Source: Pseudomonadota bacterium (GTDB lineage: Bacteria; Bdellovibrionota_B; Oligoflexia; Oligoflexales; CAIYRB01). Taken from it: a stretch of DNA of 64,000 nt. Positions 49,581 through 57,319 of the stretch are shown in pieces (positions within the stretch are counted from its first letter, which is position 1; each line of letters begins with the position of its first letter). The notes under the pieces were generated by a model. The model was not told where the DNA came from, ran no database searches, and worked only from the letters and a program-made list of their open reading frames with translations. A program made the translations under genes and the position numbers. The stretch is from positions 101,929-165,928 of the forward strand of contig JANOTL010000109.1 of the NCBI GenBank assembly GCA_031416315.1. Direction: 5' to 3'.

Positions 49581-51359
49581 CTATGGCGCCTTCTTCGCAC
49601 CCGCCTTCTTCCCCGGCCCCACCGGCGGCTTCTTCACCGCCCCCTTCGGCGTCTTCACGCCGCTCTTCACTTTGCCAGCCGCCGTCGGCTTCTTCACCAC
49701 CGGCATCGGCTTCTTCCCGACGACTCCGGCTTTCGGGCTCAGCGGCTTCGCTTTCCCTTTCGCCTTGACGGGCGCAACGACGGGCGCCGCTTTCACGACC
49801 GCCGCGCTCTTAGGCTTCGCCCCGACCGAAGGCCCCTTCACGCCCCGCGCCTTCTTCTCGCGCAATGCCGCCAACGCCGCGTCGTAAGGTTGGGTCCCGG
49901 TCCCGGCCGAAGCGCGCGCCGCCACGATCGTCGGGATCACGCTGACCGCGTCGGAGTATTGGAACTGCCGCAGACAGGCTTCCTTCACCTCGCGCTCAGG
50001 GTCCTTCTCCAACAGATCCTCGAGGAGCGGCACGGTCTCTTTCGTCAGGCCGTTCGCGCCCGCCGACTCGACCGCGGCCAAGCGCAGCTCCGTGCGCGGG
50101 CTCCTCAGGTTCGCCGTCCAGGCCTTCTTCGCCGCGGGAATGCCGAGCTCGCCCATGGCTTGACCCGCCTCGATCAACGCCTGCTGCTGCGGCGCAAAGC
50201 TTTTCTCCGCGGGCAAAGGCGGCAGCTCCTCGAGGACCTTCTTCAGGAAGGCGAGCATCGCCTCCTGCTCTTTCGCCGAAAGTTTCGCGAGCACGATCGG
50301 CCCCGGTGCCATCGGGACCGACATCTCGGTCAGGGCCGAAGCGACCAAAGCCGGCGCCCTCTTCGCGTGCCGCAGCAAGATCTCGTAGCCCGTCGTGCGC
50401 AGATCCGCGCGCAGGAGGAGGTCGTTCGCGCACTGCTCGGCGACGAGGCCGTCGCGGTCCTCGACGCAGAGCTCGATCATCTTTCGCTCCGGCTTCGGCC
50501 GGTACATGTACGTGCGGAAGGTCATCATCCTCACGCCCTCCCGCGGATCGGCGGCGAGCTTCGCCACGGCCTCGTCGACGTCGGGAAAAGGCAGCCAGGC
50601 GAGCGCCTTCCCGACGCGCTCGCGCACGGGCTCGCGCGCGTCGGCGGCGTGCATGACGAGGCGCAGGGCGTCGTCCGCGTCGGGATACTCGATCTTGGCG
50701 GGTAAGTCGGGTCGTCCGTTCTGAAAGGCGCGGCCGTCGATCCCGTTCTTCTTCAGCCAGCTCGTCAACACGACGTCGATTGCGCCCTGCACGGCGGCGC
50801 CGTCCTTCTCCTCGAGCGCCGTTTCGGCCAAGCCCGCGGCCTCCTCCGGCGACTTCTCGGCGAGGCAGGTGAGCGAAGCCGAGCGCGCCCCGGCGAATGC
50901 GGTCTTGTCCTTCACCGTCTGTCCCAGCATCGGCTGAGCCTTCGCGCCGCCGGCACCGCCGCAGATGAACTCGACGACGACCTCGGCGACGGTGCTCGAG
51001 CTCACCATGTCGAAGGTCTGCCGCTCGACCTTGGCTCCGTCGGCGAGGAGCGGCTTCACCTCGTCGTGCTGGTCGGGATGCGATTCGAGGAGGGCCATCG
51101 CCGCCATCACCCGGACGGTCGGCTTCGGATGCTTGAATAGGCCGACGAGGCGCTTTGGGGGCGAGCCGACGATGTTGGCGTAGTGCTTCCCGAGGCGCTC
51201 GTGCAGGCGCACCCGGCCGTCGTCGACGGAGGCGTCGATCCGCGCCTCGCCGATGGCGGTGACGGCGGCGTCGAAGCCGACCGGCGCTGTAGGCTCGGAG
51301 GGCTCGCAGCCCCATAGCGAGGCAGCGAGACAGAGGATCCTGAGAGCGTCGGATTGCAT
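49581..51359 (-). CDS. HEAT-repeat lipoprotein with Lys/Pro/Ala-rich C-terminal tail
   Basis: LWGC lipobox; PTVRVMAAMAL, DPREGVR, ELRLAAVES, DPEREVKEA. Confidence 0.8.
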   Translation of the reverse strand: MQSDALRILCLAASLWGCEPSEPTAPVGFDAAVTAIGEARIDASVDDGRVRLHERLGKHYANIVGSPPKRLVGLFKHPKPTVRVMAAMALLESHPDQHDEVKPLLADGAKVERQTFDMVSSSTVAEVVVEFICGGAGGAKAQPMLGQTVKDKTAFAGARSASLTCLAEKSPEEAAGLAETALEEKDGAAVQGAIDVVLTSWLKKNGIDGRAFQNGRPDLPAKIEYPDADDALRLVMHAADAREPVRERVGKALAWLPFPDVDEAVAKLAADPREGVRMMTFRTYMYRPKPERKMIELCVEDRDGLVAEQCANDLLLRADLRTTGYEILLRHAKRAPALVASALTEMSVPMAPGPIVLAKLSAKEQEAMLAFLKKVLEELPPLPAEKSFAPQQQALIEAGQAMGELGIPAAKKAWTANLRSPRTELRLAAVESAGANGLTKETVPLLEDLLEKDPEREVKEACLRQFQYSDAVSVIPTIVAARASAGTGTQPYDAALAALREKKARGVKGPSVGAKPKSAAVVKAAPVVAPVKAKGKAKPLSPKAGVVGKKPMPVVKKPTAAGKVKSGVKTPKGAVKKPPVGPGKKAGAKKAP

Positions 51360-51384
51360 GCTGAAACTGTCGCCCACTTGGCCC

Positions 51385-51426
51385 AAAAAGAAAAGGCCCC
51401 GCCGCGTCCGTGACGCGTCGGGAGCC
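51385..51426 (-). terminator. Rho-independent terminator
   Basis: Minus strand GGCTCCCGACGCGTC-ACG-GACGCGGCGGGGCC followed by TTTTCTTTTT. Confidence 0.7.
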
Positions 51427-51555
51427 CTGAAAAGACGCGCTCTGTGGGCACGGACGAGGGGGTCGGCGGTACCGGGTGGTCGAGGCTCCCCGACGGTCCG
51501 CTGGAGTCGCTTTTTCGTAGCTTCAATGCCTCCTGGCGCCGACGCGCGGCCCCCC
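51385..51555 (-). ncRNA. Candidate structured ncRNA (rod-like, 6S-like size)
   Basis: About 170-nt intergenic segment with nested end-to-end pairings, ending in a terminator. Confidence 0.4.
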
Positions 51556-51629
51556 GGATGATTCCAAATTCCTTAGTAATTTCCGGAGTGGCTCGGGACC
51601 TGCAGTAGCAGGTGAGAGAGGAGGCACTC

Positions 51630-52181
51630 ATGGAGGTTGCGCAGATTCCCTTCACCATGGCGCAAAGCTTGAGCGGTTCCGACGCGGCTTTGACCCGTTA
51701 CCGGGTGGAACTCTCCGAAGGCGCGATGGAGTTGCGCCACTATGAGGCGCTCACCGTCGCGAAGACGACGCTCGCCGGCGAAGACTTGGCCGCGTCGAAA
51801 GCGGCTTTCCGCCGGCTCAACGACTACGTCGTTGGCCATAACGTCGCTCGTCGTCGCATCGCATGCGAGACTCCCTTCCTGAGCGTGTGCCAATTCGGAT
51901 GCACGACGCTCGCAGTGGTCATGCCACGGAACGAAAAGACGCCGCCGAAGCCGATCGCGAGTGAGATCGAGCTCGAGCTCCTCCCGAGCCGGCGCGTCGC
52001 CAGCCTGGCGTTCTCAGGTCGCTCGAGCCCGGACCGCATCCGCGAGCGTACTGCCGAGCTGCTGCGCTGGGTCCGACACAAAGGTCTGAAACCCCGGTCT
52101 GAGACGCCCATGGCGCGCCTCGACTCCCGCTTCACGTTGCCGTGGCTCAAGCGCCATGAGGTTCACGTCGAGGTGGCCTAG
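51630..52181 (+). CDS. SOUL family heme-binding protein
   Basis: ELRHY, AFRRLNDYVVGHN, VASLAFSG, FTLPWLKRHEV. Confidence 0.85.
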   Translation: MEVAQIPFTMAQSLSGSDAALTRYRVELSEGAMELRHYEALTVAKTTLAGEDLAASKAAFRRLNDYVVGHNVARRRIACETPFLSVCQFGCTTLAVVMPRNEKTPPKPIASEIELELLPSRRVASLAFSGRSSPDRIRERTAELLRWVRHKGLKPRSETPMARLDSRFTLPWLKRHEVHVEVA

Positions 52182-52218
52182 CGAGAGAGACACAGATGTG
52201 CCGCAGAGACGAAAAGCC

Positions 52219-53184
52219 ATGAATCCGCTCGTAGAGTCACCGCTCGAGCTCCTCGCGCAGCTGACCCAGGACAACGAGGCGCTGCGCGAGGCTGCTCGAC
52301 GCAAGGACCAGTTCCTCGCCATGGTTGCCCATGAGCTGCGCAGCCCCCTCAACGCCATCCTGGGCTGGGTCGAGATGTTGGAGAGCGGCGACCTCCCGCC
52401 GGAGGAGCACTTGACGGCGTTCCGCACCATCCGCCGCAACGCGCGGATCCAAGTGCAGCTCTCCGAAGACCTTCTCGACATCGCGCGCATCATCGGCGGC
52501 ACGCTGCGCCTCGACTGCCGCCCGGGACCGCTCGGCCCGATCGTGCAGGCCGCGATCGACGCCGCGCGCCCGATCGCCGAGGCAAAGGGCGTCGTCCTCG
52601 TTCTCGTGCCCGCGCTCGGGGATACGACCGCGTCGATCCTCGTCGACCCCGATCGCATGCAGCAGGTCGTCGGCAACCTCATCGGCAACGCCGTGAAGTT
52701 CACGCCCGCGCTTGGCAAAGTGGAGGTGTCGACGCGGCGCGTCGAAGGCGGCGTCGAGCTGCTCGTCGCCGACGAGGGGGAAGGCATCGAACCCAGCTTC
52801 TTGCCGCATGTCTTCGACCGCTTTCTGCAAGCCAAGGCGGAGGGTAGCCGACGCGGCGGTCTCGGACTCGGTCTCGCGATCGTCAAGTACATCACCGAGA
52901 TGCACGAAGGGACGGTGCGTGCGGCAAGCGCCGGCCTCGGTCTTGGCGCCCAGTTCTCGCTGTATTTGCCGGCTTTTACTGCCGCGGCAGAACACAATGT
53001 GCTTTCGCCGACAAGCCTCGTCGTCGATGCCCAGGGTTGCTCCCTCGTCACGGGGCTCACGATCCTGGTCGTCGAAGACGATCCCGACACTTTGCGCCTC
53101 CTGACTCGCGAACCCTTCGGCCTTGAGTCGCTTCGGCCTGACCCATTCGTCGATCGCCGAGCTGCCGATCGGCCTGCCGACTGA
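52219..53184 (+). CDS. Histidine kinase (HisKA+HATPase) with truncated receiver and no sensor domain
   Basis: FLAMVAHELRSPL, NLIGNAVKFT, DEGEGI, GLGLGL; ILVVEDD then loss of homology. Confidence 0.85.
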   Translation: MNPLVESPLELLAQLTQDNEALREAARRKDQFLAMVAHELRSPLNAILGWVEMLESGDLPPEEHLTAFRTIRRNARIQVQLSEDLLDIARIIGGTLRLDCRPGPLGPIVQAAIDAARPIAEAKGVVLVLVPALGDTTASILVDPDRMQQVVGNLIGNAVKFTPALGKVEVSTRRVEGGVELLVADEGEGIEPSFLPHVFDRFLQAKAEGSRRGGLGLGLAIVKYITEMHEGTVRAASAGLGLGAQFSLYLPAFTAAAEHNVLSPTSLVVDAQGCSLVTGLTILVVEDDPDTLRLLTREPFGLESLRPDPFVDRRAADRPAD

Positions 53185-53203
53185 GCTCTCGACGACGCTC
53201 GAG

Positions 53204-53797
53204 CTAGCCAGGCACACCTTCAGCACGGTCGAGCCATAGCGTTAACGCTTGAAAGGTTTCTCGTGCGGCTGCCACCGAGCGCTCGATCTCAGCTTCGTTT
53301 CTAGGAGCCGCCCAAACGTGCAGACAAGCGAGAAAATCATGCCAACGAGCGCGCGTCCCCGTGCCCTCGCCAAAGAAGAAGGCGGCTCCCGTCGCCGGCG
53401 TGAGCGCGAGGCTGCGGGTCAATCGCTTGCTGATGAGTTGGCCGCCCAAAGCGCTGCCCTCGAGGACGTAGAGGACACCGGATATTTCCGTCTCAGAATC
53501 GATCCGCGGTCCATGTTCACACCGGGGAAGCTCCTCTGGCCGGCGCCCGAAATGGGCGAGGTCCCGCGCCAAACGCTCCGCCTGCTGGCGGCCCGTGGTC
53601 CACGGCGCCCACGCGGCGCCCGCCGCGACGCGAGCCAGGCTCGCCTCTAGCGGCGTGTAAAAACCCCAGAAGGCCGCGAGGATTGCGGCGTATTCGGCAG
53701 CGGCCAGGTCGGGCGCGAGGAGACGTTGGAGACCCTTGTGCTCATCGAGCCTTGCATGAAGCTGGCGAGTCGCAGCGCGCAGGGTATCGTGGAGCAT
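53204..53797 (-). CDS. Biliverdin-producing heme oxygenase (BphO/HemO-like)
   Basis: LRAATRQLH, LYVLEGSALGG, AARETF. Confidence 0.9.
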   Translation of the reverse strand: MLHDTLRAATRQLHARLDEHKGLQRLLAPDLAAAEYAAILAAFWGFYTPLEASLARVAAGAAWAPWTTGRQQAERLARDLAHFGRRPEELPRCEHGPRIDSETEISGVLYVLEGSALGGQLISKRLTRSLALTPATGAAFFFGEGTGTRARWHDFLACLHVWAAPRNEAEIERSVAAARETFQALTLWLDRAEGVPG

Positions 53798-53937
53798 CCG
53801 GTCCTCGCGTTCCAATGGTCGTCCCGCTGGCCGGACGGCGGCTTGGAGCAGAAACCATGCGCGTCCGAGTTGCAAAGCGCAAGCGGTGGGGGGACGGAGG
53901 ATTGTTTACCGCAGAGAGCCCAGTGGAAATTTCCGCC

Positions 53938-55416
53938 TCAGTGCGCCACGCCTTCATAAGGCGAAGACTTCACTCCCGGCTGCTGCACCATCTGTTGAAA
54001 CTGATTCATCAGCTTCAACCCCGCAAAATCCGCATCGGACTTCGCGTTCACCGCCAACCGCGGGTCCAGCGCCAGCGCCTCGCCCAGAGAATCCAGGGCT
54101 TCGGGGCCGCGCCCCATGAGCGCCAACACGCAGGCCTGGTTATAGCGCGCCGTCGCGTCCTGCGGATCGACTTGCGTCGCGGCGCCGAAGGACTTCAGCG
54201 CTTCGGGATAGCTCTTCTTGCGATAATATACCAAGCCCAGGCCGTTGAAGTAGTCGCTCCGCGACGGATCGAGCGCGATCGCGTCGCCGAAGGCTCGCAC
54301 CGCGCCATCGTGGTCGGCTAGGCTTTCGGACAGGGTCTCGCCGAGCAGAGCATAGGTGACGCCGTTTCCGGGCAGCTCGTCATTCACCTTGCGTAGCAAC
54401 ACGGCAAGCTCTTTGTGCAGCTTCTTCTCGCGATACGCCTTGGTCATGAAGTCGACGATGGCGAGATTCCCCGCGTCGGCGCGCAGCGCCTCGACGAAGG
54501 CCGTGGCCGCCTTCGGAAAGTCTTTCAGATCGATCCGCGCCGCGCCGAGATGCGCGTTCACCATCGCCGTCATGTTTCCGGACATCATCGCGCCGTGTTT
54601 CGCCAGCACGCCGCTCAGGAGCGTGACGGCGCGCTTATCGTCCTTGAGGTCGCGGTACAGCAGGATCCCATGGTTGATCTGCGCTTCCTTGTAGTCCGGA
54701 TTCGCGGCCTCGAGGCGCGAGTAGATCTCGCTCGCCCGCGCCGTGCGCCCCAGCTCCGCGTGGTTGATCGCGGCCGTCATCTCGAAAAGGGGCGACGGGA
54801 ACTTCGCGTTCCAGCTCTCGAGCTTCGCGATCAGAAGGTCGCCCTTATTCTCCGCGGCGAGGAGCGCGACGACGTAAGGCGCGACGATGCGCGGCTCGGC
54901 GTCGGGGTAGGACAGCGCTTCGTCGAGGAAGCCCAGGATCTTCTCGGTGGAGGCCTCGCCGCCCGCCAGCCGCGAGCGCGTGAAGGCGAAGCGCCAACTC
55001 TTCTTGACGCCGAGATTCTCGGCCTCGACGAGGAGGGCGAGCGCGCGGTCCGGATTGCCCATCAGATCCAGAACCTCGGCGACCGCGACGTAGCCTGCGT
55101 CACTCTTGGGCTCCAGGTCGATCGCTTGCTGCGCCAGGTCGGAGGCCTGCTTCAGCATGAAGAGATCGCCCGGATCGCGGCTGAACTGCCGGATCAGGAC
55201 GTGCGCGAGCAAGTGATGCGCGAGCGCCGACTCGGGCGTCGTCTGCATGACGCGCACGATGCGGCGCTCCAGCTCGGAGAGCTCGTGGTCGTCGGCGGTC
55301 CAAGCCTTGATCTCCAGCTCGCTCATCTCGCGGCTGACCGACGTGCCGGCGTAGCCCGTGGAGGCCGAAAAGAGGGTGGCAAGAGCGACGCATTGGACGA
55401 GCCGGGGGAGCCGCAC
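53938..55416 (-). CDS. Secreted TPR-repeat protein
   Basis: GAGG then GTG at 55416; signal peptide; many TPRs (YFNGLGLVYY, ARYNQACVLA). Confidence 0.85.
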   Translation of the reverse strand: MRLPRLVQCVALATLFSASTGYAGTSVSREMSELEIKAWTADDHELSELERRIVRVMQTTPESALAHHLLAHVLIRQFSRDPGDLFMLKQASDLAQQAIDLEPKSDAGYVAVAEVLDLMGNPDRALALLVEAENLGVKKSWRFAFTRSRLAGGEASTEKILGFLDEALSYPDAEPRIVAPYVVALLAAENKGDLLIAKLESWNAKFPSPLFEMTAAINHAELGRTARASEIYSRLEAANPDYKEAQINHGILLYRDLKDDKRAVTLLSGVLAKHGAMMSGNMTAMVNAHLGAARIDLKDFPKAATAFVEALRADAGNLAIVDFMTKAYREKKLHKELAVLLRKVNDELPGNGVTYALLGETLSESLADHDGAVRAFGDAIALDPSRSDYFNGLGLVYYRKKSYPEALKSFGAATQVDPQDATARYNQACVLALMGRGPEALDSLGEALALDPRLAVNAKSDADFAGLKLMNQFQQMVQQPGVKSSPYEGVAH

Positions 55417-55481
55417 GGGAACCTCTACGTTCAGGAGACTTTCCGGGGTTTCTTCGGGATCCCCCGCCGGTCTTTTGTCTC

Positions 55482-55508
55482 TCTTCGGCAAAATTCTTTG
55501 GACGTTTA
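55482..55508 (-). promoter_or_regulatory. Sigma28-like promoter of the TPR gene
   Basis: TAAA-N15-GCCGAAGA. Confidence 0.65.
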
Positions 55509-55596
55509 GAAAAAACCGCGCTGCCGCTCGGCTTGCCACGGGCCGGGGAATGCCGGATAATTCAAGGAAATCACCCTCTTTTTGCGGCTGAATGTC

Positions 55597-56139
55597 ATGC
55601 CCCGACCGCCCCTTTTTCTGCTCCTCGCCGGGCTCGCGGGCCTTGGCGCGTGCCGGACGGCCTCGCCGTCGGCCTTGGCCGGCTTGCGCGGTCCGCCGCC
55701 TTCGCCGCTGAGCGGGGCACAGTTCGGGCCGGGCGCCACCCACCGCGACTTCCGGCTGCAGAACCCGCTGGTCCTCGCCTTCGAGGTTTTTGGCCAGGGC
55801 ACGATCGGCGCACCGCCGGTCCTGGAGACGATGCTGCGTTGCGCCGGCGACTACGACGAGTTCGAGATCGCGCTCGTAGCGCCCGACGGGACGCGCGTGA
55901 CCCTGGAAAAACGCGGGGCGCCGCAGCTTCGCTCGGACCGCATCGTGCGTTACGGCGATCCCGTCGACGCAGCCGCGCCCGAGCTCGCGCGCCTCACCGG
56001 CAAGCCCGCCGATGGTCCTTGGCGCCTCGAGGTGACCGATCTCGACCCCGGCGACCGCGACGACGGCGCCTTGGTTTTTGCCCGCTTGAGTTTCCCGACC
56101 GGCGCTACAATGAGCGAAACACGAGGAGTTAATCCATGA
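55597..56139 (+). CDS. Lipoprotein with proprotein-convertase P-domain
   Basis: LGAC lipobox; IALVAPDGTRVTL...GKPADGPWRLEVTD. Confidence 0.75.
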   Translation: MPRPPLFLLLAGLAGLGACRTASPSALAGLRGPPPSPLSGAQFGPGATHRDFRLQNPLVLAFEVFGQGTIGAPPVLETMLRCAGDYDEFEIALVAPDGTRVTLEKRGAPQLRSDRIVRYGDPVDAAAPELARLTGKPADGPWRLEVTDLDPGDRDDGALVFARLSFPTGATMSETRGVNP

Positions 56140-57161
56140 GAAGCGTTTGCTGGGGCCTCGCGGCCGCCGCCGTCGTTGCGCTCGTCGCCTGCAAATCCAG
56201 CAATGGCGGCAGCTCCCAGGTGAAGGACATCGAAAGCGTGAAAAAAGTCACGCTCGTGCAAGGCTCGGACGCCGCCGGGAACGCCGTAGCCTTCATCACC
56301 TGCGCCGACGGCTGGATCGACAAAGCCGCGAAAAAGGCCGAGTTCGCCGTGCCCTTCAACAAGGTCTCGAACCTCTCGTACACCGAGATGGAAGCCATCT
56401 ACTGCACCGAAAAGGCCGGAGGCACGGTGATCGTCGCACCGGGCGGCGGCGGCAACAATCCGCCGCCCGCAGGCGGGGGCGGCAACTCCGGCGACTTCAC
56501 GCAGCTCGACACCGCCGTCTGCAAATCGCAGGAGAACGACGACCTTCCCAACGTCACCGAGGTGAAGCGCGTCTTCATCGCCGGCTCGATCGGAGACCCC
56601 TACGACCGGTGCGTCGTCTTCGGCGACGAGCTCGAGACGATTCTGAAGACGCTACCAGTGATCAAGAAGGCCCTGATCGACAAGAAAGTCCGCATTTTCG
56701 CCACGGCAACGGGCGAGACCTTCGCCTACGAAGACGCCGCAAAGAAGCTGACGGTGCCATTCCAGATCAAGGGCAAGCTCGGCAACTTCATCGAGGCCGT
56801 CGCGCCGATCGCCGGCGGCAGCGTGAGCAAGATCATCGTCTTCCCGAGCAACAAGAACCTCGTCTTCACGCAGCGCCAAGGCCTTTACGGCTGGGCCGCG
56901 GCGAAATCCTACTGCGACTCGCTCGGCTCGCCGTGGAAGCTGCCGACCACCGCCCAGTTCAGATCGGTAGGCTCCGACTTAGACGAAGCCAAGCTGAAGG
57001 AGCTAGCGGGAACTACGGCGCAACACGTCGTCTGCAATCAGGTCGCCGACGGCCAGAACAGTTTTGCCTGCGCGCCCCTTGCCCAGGCGGCCGCCAACAG
57101 CGGGAATTTCGACAACATGGGCTCCTACTGCGTGATCGACGCCGCCGCCGCCGCGCCTTGA
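56136..57161 (+). CDS. Lipoprotein with C-terminal DUF1566/C-type-lectin-like motif
   Basis: GAGGAG SD; LVAC lipobox; WAAAKSYCDSLGSPWKLPT. Confidence 0.75.
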   Translation: MRSVCWGLAAAAVVALVACKSSNGGSSQVKDIESVKKVTLVQGSDAAGNAVAFITCADGWIDKAAKKAEFAVPFNKVSNLSYTEMEAIYCTEKAGGTVIVAPGGGGNNPPPAGGGGNSGDFTQLDTAVCKSQENDDLPNVTEVKRVFIAGSIGDPYDRCVVFGDELETILKTLPVIKKALIDKKVRIFATATGETFAYEDAAKKLTVPFQIKGKLGNFIEAVAPIAGGSVSKIIVFPSNKNLVFTQRQGLYGWAAAKSYCDSLGSPWKLPTTAQFRSVGSDLDEAKLKELAGTTAQHVVCNQVADGQNSFACAPLAQAAANSGNFDNMGSYCVIDAAAAAP

Positions 57162-57319
57162 GCCGGCCGGTCCGCAATTGAGCTTTCGACAAGAGGCCGT
57201 GAATCCCTCCCTGGGGTTCGCGGCTTTTGCCTTTGGAAAGCCGTGAAACCCTCGCCCTGACTGAACTTTCCGCCTAGACGCGTCGATAGAATCCCGAGCA
57301 CACGAAGGGATTTCGTCGC

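Noticed and set aside
51465..51485. T-box riboswitch (GGTACC/GGGTGGT present)
   Set aside because: Motifs are not in the GGTGGNACCGCG order and the downstream gene is unrelated to amino-acid metabolism
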